Counted from the stretch's first letter, positions 28,754 through 39,209 are shown. The stretch is 64,000 nucleotides of DNA from Sulfolobales archaeon (GCA_038841535.1 JAWBTQ010000002.1:64001-128000), one strand, 5' to 3'. Numbers and translations: made by a program. Notes: generated by a model not told the origin, from the letters alone.

Positions 28754-30600
28754 TATAATCCCACATCTAGTCCCAACTCCCTCAGCTTAGCGGGATCCGG
28801 ATAGCCGCTTTCCACATCAAGTTTTCTATATTTATAGAAAAGCTTAACCATGTCCTCTATGGGGCATACCGAGCCCCTGACCGGTCCCTCGTTGAGCGGC
28901 TCTCTTGAGAACCTACTAGGCAATATATCCTCAAGTACCTTAAGCCCCAGGTTTAAGTTGAGTAATCTCTCCAGATACCATATTCTCTCCCCTAACCTTA
29001 TTACTTCATCCTTATTGGCGCTGTACCCAGTTATGGTGAAGTAGACCTTAGCCACATGGTCGAAGTCTATAACACCAAACACCGGGAACTTGCACATACC
29101 CACAGAGTCTAAGAAGTTACAGAGGTTCTGTGTTATTACAACCGACTTAACCTTATCTTCAAGGCCCTTCGGGGGCTCTCCTATGCCGTACTCAGGTAGT
29201 AGTGCTACACCTCTCTCTAAAAGAAACGTCATGCCCTGTAGGTGGCTTGCCCCGATATTGGACGTAGCATAAACTAGTCCTATAGTGTGGTACCTCCTTG
29301 GGTGGTGAGCTGGTACTTCGAGACCCTTGACATGTGGTGCGAAGTCGCATGTATCTGGGTGTATATTCTTGCAGGCTCTAGCCACACCGTCGGCTAGAAT
29401 ATTGCCTATACCTTCTCTGTAAGCAATCATGTTAACTAACTTTAGCGCAGACTCTACATCACCCCACTTTAGTTCAAAACCTGCATCGTATTTCTTTATG
29501 TACCCTCTTTCATAGCACTCCATAGCCCAACCTATTACGGCACCAGTGGATATAGTGTCGAGACCTAGTTCATCGCAAGCTCTATTGATAGTTATGAGAG
29601 CACTCGGGTCGTTGATTAGTATGTTTGTTCCCAATAATGCTAAAGTCTCAAACTCGGGATGCTTAAACCAAGCATTATCCAAGTAAACCTCCCTGTGGCA
29701 TTGAATGATGCAGGGAACTTCTGTACCACAGGGCTTTCCTCTAGACTTATAGATCTGCTGCATTACTTGGCCAGTTATTTTAATTCTAGCAGGGTCCTGG
29801 TCTTCGAAGACCCCCTTAGACCAATTCTTTATAGGGACGTTACCGTCTAGAACGTAGGTAACTAAACCTCCAGCAGTGCCGTAAGACTTAAGGGCGCTAG
29901 CTCTCGGGGACTTAAGGCAGGCCTCTCCATGCTTCCTGATAAGTTCTGATAGAGATTTCCTATCTGTGACTGAAATAGTGGACTCACCGTATACTGCTAT
30001 AGCCTTCACCTTCTTAGAGCCCATGACCGCTCCTACCCCTGTCCGCCCCGCAACTCTGTACTCGTTGGAGATTACGCAAGCGAACCTACAAAGGTTCTCA
30101 CCAGCCGGCCCGATGGCTGCTATCTTTAGGTTCTTAACTCCGACCTCTTCTTCTATAGATTTAAAGGTTTCAGAAGTCTTCTTTCCCCAAAGGTGGTCGG
30201 CGGGTCTGATCTCAACTGTTCCGTTAACTATCGAGATGTAGACTGGTGAAGCAGATAACCCACGTAGCACTATACCGTCATAACCAGACTTCTTGATCAT
30301 AGTGCCAAAAGAACCTGCCATCATGCTTTTCCCTAAGTAACCGGAGAGAGGAGAAATGGTTACAAAAGCCGTTTTAGACCCAGATAGGTAGGTTCCAACG
30401 AACGGTCCAGCGACTATAATTAGGGGGTTCTCACTTCCTAGCGGGTCTATCCTACCCTTTTGCTTAACATCTTCGTACAAGAGTCTGACGGCATAGCCCA
30501 TCATCGAGTACAGCCTTACCCAGTCTTCTCTAAGTGACTGTATGCTGTAAGTCTGCCTAGTTAAGTCTATTTCTAAGATTTTGCCGGCGAATCCGCCCAT
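28753..30600 (-). CDS. Tungsten aldehyde:ferredoxin oxidoreductase family protein (divergent); likely start ATG 30600
   Basis: SPLSG, IGPAGENL, GRTGVGAVMGSKKVKA, PEFET, DELGLDTIS, DSVGMCKF. Confidence 0.88.
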   Translation of the reverse strand: MGGFAGKILEIDLTRQTYSIQSLREDWVRLYSMMGYAVRLLYEDVKQKGRIDPLGSENPLIIVAGPFVGTYLSGSKTAFVTISPLSGYLGKSMMAGSFGTMIKKSGYDGIVLRGLSASPVYISIVNGTVEIRPADHLWGKKTSETFKSIEEEVGVKNLKIAAIGPAGENLCRFACVISNEYRVAGRTGVGAVMGSKKVKAIAVYGESTISVTDRKSLSELIRKHGEACLKSPRASALKSYGTAGGLVTYVLDGNVPIKNWSKGVFEDQDPARIKITGQVMQQIYKSRGKPCGTEVPCIIQCHREVYLDNAWFKHPEFETLALLGTNILINDPSALITINRACDELGLDTISTGAVIGWAMECYERGYIKKYDAGFELKWGDVESALKLVNMIAYREGIGNILADGVARACKNIHPDTCDFAPHVKGLEVPAHHPRRYHTIGLVYATSNIGASHLQGMTFLLERGVALLPEYGIGEPPKGLEDKVKSVVITQNLCNFLDSVGMCKFPVFGVIDFDHVAKVYFTITGYSANKDEVIRLGERIWYLERLLNLNLGLKVLEDILPSRFSREPLNEGPVRGSVCPIEDMVKLFYKYRKLDVESGYPDPAKLRELGLDVGL

Positions 30601-30755
30601 ACTCAACACTCCCAGAAACAACTAAAAACTAAAATAATAGCTTGAGCACGACGAACCTTCATCAGTAAATTTCAGACCTCTTCTTTTGCGTTTCTCATGT
30701 ATGCAGGATAGAGTGCTTTGATTCATGAAAAAGTACTTATATCTGTCTAACGTGG

Positions 30756-31769
30756 TTAAGTCCTCGTCTTCAGCCTCTCAATTAGCTTAGGTACGACAAC
30801 GAAGAGGTCGCCCACGATTCCGTAGTCAGCTATCCTAAATATCGGTGCTTCTGGGTCCTTATTGATGGCGATCACTATTTTCGAGTCCTTCATTCCGACA
30901 ACGTGCTGAACAGCACCAGAGATCCCAATAGCTACGTAAACATCCGGTTTGACTGTCTGACCCGTTAGGCCGACTTGGTGGTCGTACGGTATCCAGCCAG
31001 AATCTACTGCTGCCCTAGATGCTCCAACCTCACCGTTAAGTACTTTAGCTAGCTCTCTTAAGAGCTCGAAGCCTCTAGCACCGCAGCCTCTGCCTCCAGA
31101 TACTATCACTCTAGCAGACTTGAGGTCCACCTTTCTTTTCTCTCTCTTGACTTCGAGTACTTCAACTAAGCTTTGCTCGCTTTCCGGTATATTCACGTTC
31201 CACTCAACAACTTTTCCAGTTCTAGACTCGTTCCTTGGAGGGACTGGAAACAAGCCTGGGCGAACTGTTGCCATTTGAGGTCTACGCTGAGGTGTCACTA
31301 TGGCGGCCATGATTTCGCCGCCGAACGTAGGTCTTATTTGGTATAAGATCTTCTCGTATTTTCTACCTGTTCCAGGGTCTACCCAGTCACCTATATCTAC
31401 ATCAGTGCAGTCAGCAGTAATCCCGGTTCTAAGTCTCGCGGCAACTCTAGGAGCTAGCTCGCGACCAATTACGGTAGCTGAGAACAACACGATTTCGGGT
31501 TCCACTTTCTTGATTACTTCTACTATGGCACTAGTATACGGTAGCAGCTTATAAGAGTCAAGTCTCGGGTCGTCAACTATGTGTACTTCGTCAGCACCCC
31601 TGTATATCAGCTCTTCAGCGACATCTCTAATCTTGTGACCTACTAGTATCGCACCGATATTAAGTCCTGCCTTATTAGCGAGGTCTCCAGCTTTACCTAG
31701 AAGCTCGAGGGAGTGGTCCGCCGGCAGTCCCTCCAGGGTCTCTACGTAGACAAGTATCTTTTTCGACAT
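30756..31769 (-). CDS. etfA: Electron transfer flavoprotein alpha subunit
   Basis: GITADC, RPTFGG, QMATVRP, SGGRG, GASR, QVGLTG, GISGAVQH. Confidence 0.95.
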   Translation of the reverse strand: MSKKILVYVETLEGLPADHSLELLGKAGDLANKAGLNIGAILVGHKIRDVAEELIYRGADEVHIVDDPRLDSYKLLPYTSAIVEVIKKVEPEIVLFSATVIGRELAPRVAARLRTGITADCTDVDIGDWVDPGTGRKYEKILYQIRPTFGGEIMAAIVTPQRRPQMATVRPGLFPVPPRNESRTGKVVEWNVNIPESEQSLVEVLEVKREKRKVDLKSARVIVSGGRGCGARGFELLRELAKVLNGEVGASRAAVDSGWIPYDHQVGLTGQTVKPDVYVAIGISGAVQHVVGMKDSKIVIAINKDPEAPIFRIADYGIVGDLFVVVPKLIERLKTRT

Positions 31770-31774
31770 TTCTG

Positions 31775-32599
31775 CTACACCCCTAGCGAGACTCCATCTT
31801 TCTTTAGCTCGCTTATGAGCTTCTCAATAGCGACATCGACATCTGAATCGGTGAATATTTTACCTCTCCTCCTGATCTCGATCCTCCACATTCTTACTAC
31901 TCTAGTAGGAGATCCTACCAAACCAACTAAGGACGGGTCTAGACCGACCGCATCAGCGTTCCACACGTCTATATGCTTTCGCCTAGCGGCTAGTACTTCC
32001 CTCAGTGATGGAATCCTGGGCTGATAGCTGGTGCCAGCAACACTCAAGACCGCAGGGAGCTTTACCTTCATAACAGAGTATCCTCCTTCAATCAGTCTCT
32101 TGACCACAGCATAACCATCGTGAATCTCCAAAATTCTGTCGACATATGATACAGTAGGTATACCGAGCCATTCACCTACTTCAGGTCCTATGTGCCCTGT
32201 GTTGCTGTCTGAGGACTCGATTCCGCAGAGAACAAGGTCTACTATTCCCAGCTCCTGCTCAATCTTCTTAACAGCTAATGAGAGAGCGTATGAAGTAGCT
32301 AGAGTGTCAGACCCTGCTAACCGAGGGTCACTGAGAAGAACTACTTCGTCAACACCCATCGCTAGCACTTCTCTGAGAGCGTCTACTGCGTGCGGGGGCG
32401 CCATGGCTACACCCACTACTTTACCACCGAGTTTCTCCTTGAGCTGAATAGATGCTTCAACAGCGTACTTATCGTAGGGGTTCACTACGAGCTTTACAGC
32501 CGACCTATCTATCGTTCCGTCTGGTCTGAATCTTACTACTGCTTTTGGATCTACGACTGGCTTAACCAACACGACTATGTTTACTGGAATAGCACTCAC
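31775..32599 (-). CDS. etfB: Electron transfer flavoprotein beta subunit
   Basis: NPYDKYAVE, AGSDTLATS, PRIPS, GLVGSPTRV. Confidence 0.95.
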   Translation of the reverse strand: MSAIPVNIVVLVKPVVDPKAVVRFRPDGTIDRSAVKLVVNPYDKYAVEASIQLKEKLGGKVVGVAMAPPHAVDALREVLAMGVDEVVLLSDPRLAGSDTLATSYALSLAVKKIEQELGIVDLVLCGIESSDSNTGHIGPEVGEWLGIPTVSYVDRILEIHDGYAVVKRLIEGGYSVMKVKLPAVLSVAGTSYQPRIPSLREVLAARRKHIDVWNADAVGLDPSLVGLVGSPTRVVRMWRIEIRRRGKIFTDSDVDVAIEKLISELKKDGVSLGV

Positions 32600-32634
32600 C
32601 CGTAGTACTAGTAGCTTTGAGCTGTTATACTCAA

Positions 32635-33855
32635 CTACCTTCTTCTAGCTATGTATTCTTTCCCTAGTACTTCGCGAGCAACTATAAGCCTCATGATATC
32701 GAGAGAACCTTCAGCCCAGTCGTAGCTCTTAACAGCTTTGAGAGCTAGTGCCACTGGGTTCTCTTCAGTGTAGCCGTACGCACCATACCATCTGAGAGCG
32801 TCGTCTATAGCTGCCTTAGCGGCCTGCACAGCGAAGAGCTTTGCTGAAGCAGCTATCTTAGTGACCTCGAACCTACCGATTCTACCTTCCTGCTCCATCT
32901 TTAGAGCCCACAGGGCCTTATACGCTAGAGCGTGAGCTGCCTCAAGTCTAGCCCAGTTGTCGGCTAACTGGAACTGTATGCCCTGGAACGTGGCCACAGG
33001 CTCTCCAAACGCCCTCCTCTGTTTAGCGTATTCAGCCGCAAGCTCTATAGCTCTCTTACCTCCTACAGCACATGCTAAAGCAATATAGGCTCTCGCATGG
33101 TCGAATCCCTCCATAGCTATGTAGAAGCCTCTGCCCTCATCTCCTATTCTATAGGTTTCGGGTACTCTAACGTTGTTGAGTACGAAGCTACCGAACGACC
33201 AACCCTTCCTCCCGAACTCTTTCTCTAACCTAATCGTAATGTTAGGGTCAGTTAGCGGTACGAAGAACAAGCTCATACCTTTATGCTGCTTAGTCTTATC
33301 TGTATAAGCCAGTGTAACATGTCCACCACCTAGCTCAAACCAAGCATCCTTCTCTCTAGCTTCTCTAACTCCGGAAATGTACGCTTTCTCACCTGAGATT
33401 ACATACCCGTCTCCATTCTTCTTAGCTGTAGTAGTTATTCCCACAAGGTCTGAGCCAGCCCCAGGTTCTGTAGTAGCTATACCGACCCAGAGGTCGCCTC
33501 TAGCAGCTTTCCGTATAACGTCCTCCCTGAAATCATCGCTGCCGTACTTATACGCGACATAACCCCACGATGTGTGAACCAAATAAGCCACAGCTAGTGA
33601 AAACGTTATGTCAGCTCTAACTATCTCCTCTAGAACTATACCTGCTGTAACCGGGTCTAGCCCCAGGCCATCGTATTTCTCAGAAAAGAGAATTCCGAAT
33701 AAACCAAGTCTTGCCATCTCCCTAGTGATTTCTATAGGTATTTCCTGCTTTTCCTCAAACTCCACAACCTTCGGAGCAATATACTTTTCCGCAAATTCTC
33801 GTACTGTCGACCTTATGTCCTCCTGCTCTTTAGTAAACTCAAAATCTAGCGGCAA
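32635..33855 (-). CDS. Acyl-CoA dehydrogenase
   Basis: TEPGAGSD, GEKAYIS, RRAFG, FQGIQFQLAD, GAYGY, EGS. Confidence 0.93.
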   Translation of the reverse strand: MPLDFEFTKEQEDIRSTVREFAEKYIAPKVVEFEEKQEIPIEITREMARLGLFGILFSEKYDGLGLDPVTAGIVLEEIVRADITFSLAVAYLVHTSWGYVAYKYGSDDFREDVIRKAARGDLWVGIATTEPGAGSDLVGITTTAKKNGDGYVISGEKAYISGVREAREKDAWFELGGGHVTLAYTDKTKQHKGMSLFFVPLTDPNITIRLEKEFGRKGWSFGSFVLNNVRVPETYRIGDEGRGFYIAMEGFDHARAYIALACAVGGKRAIELAAEYAKQRRAFGEPVATFQGIQFQLADNWARLEAAHALAYKALWALKMEQEGRIGRFEVTKIAASAKLFAVQAAKAAIDDALRWYGAYGYTEENPVALALKAVKSYDWAEGSLDIMRLIVAREVLGKEYIARRR

Positions 33856-34044
33856 CTACTACACCATTACAGAATTATCGAGTTCAATATAAGCTAGAGT
33901 ATTACTTATCTCTCTTCGCTATGAAGCACCAGATTGCCCCCGAGTTCCCAGTGATAACCACTCCTGCTTCAAAAGCCCACGCACGTGCGCTAACCCAGCT
34001 GTTTCTAAAAAGAAGAATTGATGAAGGGAAGTCTACTGGGGAAG

Positions 34045-34812
34045 TTAGCTTTGCCACTTAGGCTTCCTCTTCTCTAAGAAAGCCGACACACCTTCCCTAG
34101 CTTCCTCAGATGATACAGCCACGTAGAACATCGACCTCTCGAGTTCTAGGCCGGGTGCTAGGATAGCCCTTACGGACCTATTGATTACTAACTTGGCTAT
34201 AGAGAGGGCTACCGGGCTCTTCTGGCAGAGCTTTGTTGCGAGAGCTATAGCTTCATCCATTAGTCTCTCCGGTTGAACAACTTTATGTACTATTCCCAGC
34301 TTTAAGGCCTCCTCTGCTGAAAATACCTCACCGAGCATGACGATCTCTCTCGCTTTAGCTAGACCAGCTATAGCGGCTAGTTTCTGAGTAGCACCCCACC
34401 CAGGCGTAATTCCGAGATTAATCTCCGTAGACCCGAATGCCGCGTTCGAGGACGCAACTACGAAGTCGCAGGAGAGAGCAAGCTCGAATCCACCTCCTAA
34501 AGCATAGCCGTTAACAGCTGCTATAACAGGCTTAGACATGTTCTCGATGAACTCGAAGACCTCTCTACCTAGCTCAATAAACCTTCCGATGTCTGCAGAA
34601 CCTCTAGTAAACTCTGTGATGTCTGCACCAGCACAAAAACTCTTACCAGTTCCCGTAATAACCACCGCCCTAACCTCTGGATCCCTCTCTGCTTCCTCTA
34701 ATGCCTTTCGCAGATCTGCCAGAACCTCCCGATTTAGCGCGTTAAGCTTTTCAGGCCTGCTTAGGGATATGATGGCTACCCTTTCCCTCTTCTCGTAAGC
34801 TACGTACTTCAT
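34045..34812 (-). CDS. Enoyl-CoA hydratase (crotonase); likely start ATG 34812
   Basis: RPEKLNAL, FCAGADI, AAVNGYALGGGFEL, EINLGITPGWG, AFLEKRKP. Confidence 0.92.
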   Translation of the reverse strand: MKYVAYEKRERVAIISLSRPEKLNALNREVLADLRKALEEAERDPEVRAVVITGTGKSFCAGADITEFTRGSADIGRFIELGREVFEFIENMSKPVIAAVNGYALGGGFELALSCDFVVASSNAAFGSTEINLGITPGWGATQKLAAIAGLAKAREIVMLGEVFSAEEALKLGIVHKVVQPERLMDEAIALATKLCQKSPVALSIAKLVINRSVRAILAPGLELERSMFYVAVSSEEAREGVSAFLEKRKPKWQS

Positions 34813-34828
34813 CTCCGTACCGATCACC

Positions 34829-35695
34829 CTACCTATAGGTATGGAACCCCCTGCCCGACTTTCTCCCAAGGTACCCCGCAGCGACAAGCTTCCTTAATAG
34901 AGGGGGTGGGTGGTAAGCTTGGCTTCCAGTTTCTCTATATAGTATCTCTGCAATCCCTAAGAGGACGTCGAGACCTATGAAGTCTGCTAGCTCTAGTGGC
35001 CCCATCGGCCAGTTATAGCCTAACTTCATAGCTTGATCGATATCAATAGCAGTTGCGACACCACTCTCGTATAGCCTTATGGCCTCGAGAATAGGTAGCA
35101 CACCGATTCTATTAGCTATAAAGCCCGGTGAGTCTTTACACACTACAGGGACCTTACCAAGTTTCTCAGCTAGGGACTTCACTGTCTCAACCGTTTCGTT
35201 AGATGTGAGAACCCCTCTCACAACCTCAACTAGCTTCATAACCTGCGGAGGGTTGAAGAAGTGCATACCCACTACTCTATCCGGTCTCCTAGTTACTGCT
35301 GCGAGAACCGTTACGCTGAGAGTCGAGGTATTGCTAGCCAGGATTGCGTTAGGTGGAGCAGCATCATCTACTTCCTTAAAGACTTTCCTCTTAACATCAA
35401 GGTCCTCGAAAACGGCCTCAATAACTAAGTCAGAGTCTCTTACAGCCTCTTGAATGCTTGTCGTACTGCTAATCCTAGACAAAGCTTCGCGTGCCTGCTC
35501 CTCTGTTAGCTTACCTCTCTCGATGGCTTTCTTTAAGCCGAACGGTCCCTCCCATACGAGGTTTAACCCCCTCTTTAGCGCTTCCTCAGAGACATCTACA
35601 GCTACAACTGTAAAGCCTGCCTGAGCAAAGACTTGAGCAATACCTGAACCCATAGTGCCGAACCCGACAATAGCTACCTTACGAATTTCTACCAA
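34829..35695 (-). CDS. hbd: 3-hydroxyacyl(butyryl)-CoA dehydrogenase
   Basis: GFGTMGSG, EAVFE, SNTS, GMHFFNP, PGFIANR, GPLELAD, GRKSGRGF. Confidence 0.92.
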   Translation of the reverse strand: MVEIRKVAIVGFGTMGSGIAQVFAQAGFTVVAVDVSEEALKRGLNLVWEGPFGLKKAIERGKLTEEQAREALSRISSTTSIQEAVRDSDLVIEAVFEDLDVKRKVFKEVDDAAPPNAILASNTSTLSVTVLAAVTRRPDRVVGMHFFNPPQVMKLVEVVRGVLTSNETVETVKSLAEKLGKVPVVCKDSPGFIANRIGVLPILEAIRLYESGVATAIDIDQAMKLGYNWPMGPLELADFIGLDVLLGIAEILYRETGSQAYHPPPLLRKLVAAGYLGRKSGRGFHTYR

Positions 35696-35864
35696 GGCTT
35701 AAACCCACTACAGGAATTAGCAGAAAAATTATATCTATTCTCAGTCTCGGGTTAGGTGGGACCGCAAGACAGATTGTGGAGGCTTTAGTTGCTCTAGTGA
35801 GCAATGGTTTGAGACTCGCTCCTTAGTTTGCGTACTATAGCGTCACAGAGTGAGTACACCAGCT

Positions 35865-36581
35865 CTATATGACCATGCCTGTCAGGAGTCCGGCTACGAA
35901 CCCGAGTGTAGCGTACTCGTCGTGTTCATGTCCGAAGATTTCGGGAGCTACCTCGTGTACTACTACGTACAGCATGGCGCTAGCAGATAGAGCTAGGAGT
36001 ACTGGGAGAGTAACTGCTGTATCGACAAGCCCTATGAGAGAAGCTATTGCGGAGAAGAACTCTGATACTGCGCTAAGCACTCCAGCGAGGAAGCCTAGCG
36101 AGGCCTTCCTCGACGAGGCTACGACGGATAGAGACACTATTAGACCCTCAGGAACGTCCTGTACTGCTATTGCTATAGCAGTAGCTAGGCCCGCCTCCGG
36201 GCTGTGTATAGATGTGGCGCCAACTGCTAGACCTTCTGGGATATTGTGTATTGCTATAGCTAGGGCGACAAGAACCAGGTTCCGGTTCTCCTTCTTGCGA
36301 ACGACCCAAGTATGTGGGATGAAGACGTCTATGGACTTAATTAAGATAAAACCGAGCGTAAACCCCAGTAGCGAAAGCCGTAGCCCCCCAATTTCAATCG
36401 ACGGGATGAGGAGCTCTACAAACGCTACGTAGACCATGAGACCGGAGCCGAATCCTAGGGCAACATCAATGAACCTCTCGTCCAGACTTACGCGAAGAAA
36501 AACGAGGACAGAACCAAAAACAGTTGCTATGGTTGGTATGAGGCCGTAGACTACAACCCTCAGCACTAAGTCCTCAATCAC
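35865..36581 (-). CDS. ZIP family metal transporter (ZupT/GufA)
   Basis: HNIPEG and QDVPEG TM4/TM5 motifs. Confidence 0.88.
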   Translation of the reverse strand: MIEDLVLRVVVYGLIPTIATVFGSVLVFLRVSLDERFIDVALGFGSGLMVYVAFVELLIPSIEIGGLRLSLLGFTLGFILIKSIDVFIPHTWVVRKKENRNLVLVALAIAIHNIPEGLAVGATSIHSPEAGLATAIAIAVQDVPEGLIVSLSVVASSRKASLGFLAGVLSAVSEFFSAIASLIGLVDTAVTLPVLLALSASAMLYVVVHEVAPEIFGHEHDEYATLGFVAGLLTGMVI

Positions 36582-36660
36582 TTGCTACAACACCCCGCTT
36601 TACTGAGTGCTTACTGCGTTAGCAGGCTATCTCGAACTGGAGTGCCAGCTATTTCGCACC

Positions 36661-37194
36661 CTAACTCTTGCTTAAGAGCCGGCTTCCATACTTGTTTATG
36701 TGGACTATATCCTCAACCGGCTTTCTAGGTCTCGGCTTAGGGCTTTCGTCTGGCCAGCCTATGGCAACTATGGCTATAGGAATCTTGTGTTTGGGGGCTC
36801 TCACTATTTCTTGAACTATAGGTTTCTCCCTTTCTCCTACGCCTAGCCACACAGTCCCCAACCCGAGCGCGTGCGCTGCCAGCATTAGGTATGTTACAGC
36901 GTTAGCGCAGTCCAACATGTAGAACGTGGGCGAGGCGGTTTCATCGCAGAGAACAACTATACCTGCTGGTGCGTCGTGAAGTGCCTGCCTCCAGGGGTAG
37001 ATGGATGCTAGGTCGTGCTTTGTCTTTAGGTCTACTACTATAACGAACTCCCATGGCTGACTATTTCTCGCACTGGGAGCGAATCTAGCGGCATCGATAA
37101 CTTTAATCAGCTGGTCTAGTGTCACAGGATCCTTTCTGTATTTCCTAATACTCCTTCGAGTAGTCAGGAACTTAAGGTAGTCTTCTAAACTCAC
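36661..37194 (-). CDS. Nitroreductase family flavoprotein
   Basis: RRSIRKY, APSARNSQPW, GLGTVW. Confidence 0.9.
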   Translation of the reverse strand: MSLEDYLKFLTTRRSIRKYRKDPVTLDQLIKVIDAARFAPSARNSQPWEFVIVVDLKTKHDLASIYPWRQALHDAPAGIVVLCDETASPTFYMLDCANAVTYLMLAAHALGLGTVWLGVGEREKPIVQEIVRAPKHKIPIAIVAIGWPDESPKPRPRKPVEDIVHINKYGSRLLSKS

Positions 37195-37422
37195 GCTATC
37201 ACCCGAGAACGACGCGCTTATTGCATTATATTCTTTCTACTTTTAGCTACGTATCGTAGAGACCTTACTGGTCAAGCTCTAGCTAACTATGATATGCTGG
37301 TAGAGATTAGAGCCGTCAGTGAACTCAGTCCCGAACAAACCATCTCCTCTTGTAGATAGAGATGAGACCCGGTCCATAGGAATCTTTAATACCTGTTTTC
37401 ATATATTACATGGGTTATTGAG

Positions 37423-37686
37423 TTGAGAGTTAAGATAAGGGTTTACATGGACCTAGCAGATAAGGTCGGGTGGAGGGAAAGCGATGTACCAGTTAATGGC
37501 GAAACTTCCACCCTTAGAGAAATTCTTGAGAAAATCCAAGAACTTAGAGGCTTACTTGACGAGGGATTTACGGAGAGGTTCATCGTTTTAGTAAACGGAG
37601 TAAACTCGAGGCTATCTGGAGGCTTACTCACTAGAGTTAAGGACGGTGATGTCATAGACGTTTTTCCTCCAGCAGGAGGAGGCTAG
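37423..37686 (+). CDS. MoaD/SAMP ubiquitin-like sulfur carrier
   Basis: VLVNG, DGDVIDVFPPAGGG C-terminus. Confidence 0.88.
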   Translation: MRVKIRVYMDLADKVGWRESDVPVNGETSTLREILEKIQELRGLLDEGFTERFIVLVNGVNSRLSGGLLTRVKDGDVIDVFPPAGGG

Positions 37687-38083
37687 AAGACGCATTACGA
37701 CCCGATCTCGCAGCCATTCAGGTCTCAGAACTTTGAGTATTTTAACCTGTAGGCCGATTACGTTGTTATTAAGATAGCTAAAGCTAGTTTAAGAGTTCCG
37801 GCTATAACAGGTCGACTGAGTTAATTTCGTCTCTCCACATAAAACCGCCTCTGTTTCGAGTTCGTACTACCTTGAAGACGTTAAGGGGTACTTCAAGTAT
37901 TTCACATAGCGATTATCCCTCAGGAAGAACTCCAGCGGGTTCTTTGATGTAGACGTCGACTCTCGTGAGTAAGCGGTTGAAACCTTTACAGATTTTTCCC
38001 AAAATAAGTAACAACATCAATCGATATAGGTCGGTATGATATATGGGGTCGGCTCTTTGAACCCGATCGTGCTCAGGCAGTTC

Positions 38084-39181
38084 TTAAAGGGGGCAGAACG
38101 TTAACCCGTGGTAGAATGGGCAGTGCGCACACGTTGGGACGTTGCCTAGGCAGTCCCCATCGTTACTCCTAGTTAGAGCGCAGTAGCCTGCTAGTATGCA
38201 CGTAAAGCACGATGGCATTTCATTAAAGGATAGTTTGTAGTAGAGCTTGGAGTATTCGTTTCTCCAGATATCCACTAGGAGCTCTTCGGTTGCGCTACCT
38301 AGCACGATTTCGTTTATAGATCTCTCAACACCTAATAGCCTAGTCCTCCATGTGCGCGAGTAGTAGAGGCATGGAGTAACCGAACCATCTACTCGAATGT
38401 AGAGAGCTTTGTTTTGAGCAAACGGACACGATCTATATGATCCGAGGGGAAGCTGGGGTACTGAAATCCTCAGTCCCATCTCTGGATACTCTCTCTTTGC
38501 TTTCTCTATGGACTCCTCAAACTTCTTAACGCAGCAAGTATCACCTAAGCAGTCAAGTCCATGCTCTCCCTCTAGTGGTACGTAGTAGCTATACATTACC
38601 TCGTTAACTCCCAGTTCTCTAGCTAGCTTGAGTAGGTCTCCCGCCTCATGAGAGTTTAGCTTCGTAATAGTGAAAATAACCTTTATGGTCGGTCTCGTAA
38701 CTAACTCAAGCCTCTTTAGCTCTACGACTTTCCTCAAGCTTTCGACTACCTCCGGTAGAACACCTCCAACGCGAACTCTGCCGTAGAGCTCGAGAGTAGC
38801 CGCATCGATACTGACCACTATCTCGTCAACGTTCTCGGCTACAACTCTATAGAGCTTAGATAACCTGTACCCGTTAGTATTCAGCACTATCTGAAGTCCC
38901 CGGCTTTTGAGAGACATTAGCACTTGCTCGAAGTGCGGATGGGTCGTAGGCTCACCCCAGCCAGTCAGAGTGACCTTCTCGATGCCTGACTGAACTAGGT
39001 TCTCTAAGATCTTGGAGAACTTACCCATATCCATATAGGTTTCAGTGAAGTTTCTCGCACTCCACCTAAAGCAGTGAACACACCTAAACTCACACAGTGT
39101 AGATATCTCCATAACGATTTCTCTAGGGCGTGCTTCACTTTTCAGCTCTATGACCCAGTTAGTAGTCTCGAACTTACCCAT
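38084..39181 (-). CDS. Radical SAM/SPASM protein, tungsten-cofactor oxidoreductase maturase-like
   Basis: CEFRCVHC, GWGEP, CPF, PC, Cys-rich tail CFTC..C..DC..PTCAHC...CP; divergent from aor. Confidence 0.85.
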   Translation of the reverse strand: MGKFETTNWVIELKSEARPREIVMEISTLCEFRCVHCFRWSARNFTETYMDMGKFSKILENLVQSGIEKVTLTGWGEPTTHPHFEQVLMSLKSRGLQIVLNTNGYRLSKLYRVVAENVDEIVVSIDAATLELYGRVRVGGVLPEVVESLRKVVELKRLELVTRPTIKVIFTITKLNSHEAGDLLKLARELGVNEVMYSYYVPLEGEHGLDCLGDTCCVKKFEESIEKAKREYPEMGLRISVPQLPLGSYRSCPFAQNKALYIRVDGSVTPCLYYSRTWRTRLLGVERSINEIVLGSATEELLVDIWRNEYSKLYYKLSFNEMPSCFTCILAGYCALTRSNDGDCLGNVPTCAHCPFYHGLTFCPL

Positions 39182-39209
39182 CTTCGCTTACCTAGCTAAT
39201 CCTGAAACA

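Noticed and set aside
34829-34887. hbd/crotonase ORF overlap as a programmed frameshift or broken fusion
   Set aside because: The crotonase has its own GGTGA RBS and ATG at 34812 downstream of the hbd stop; no slippery site is evident.
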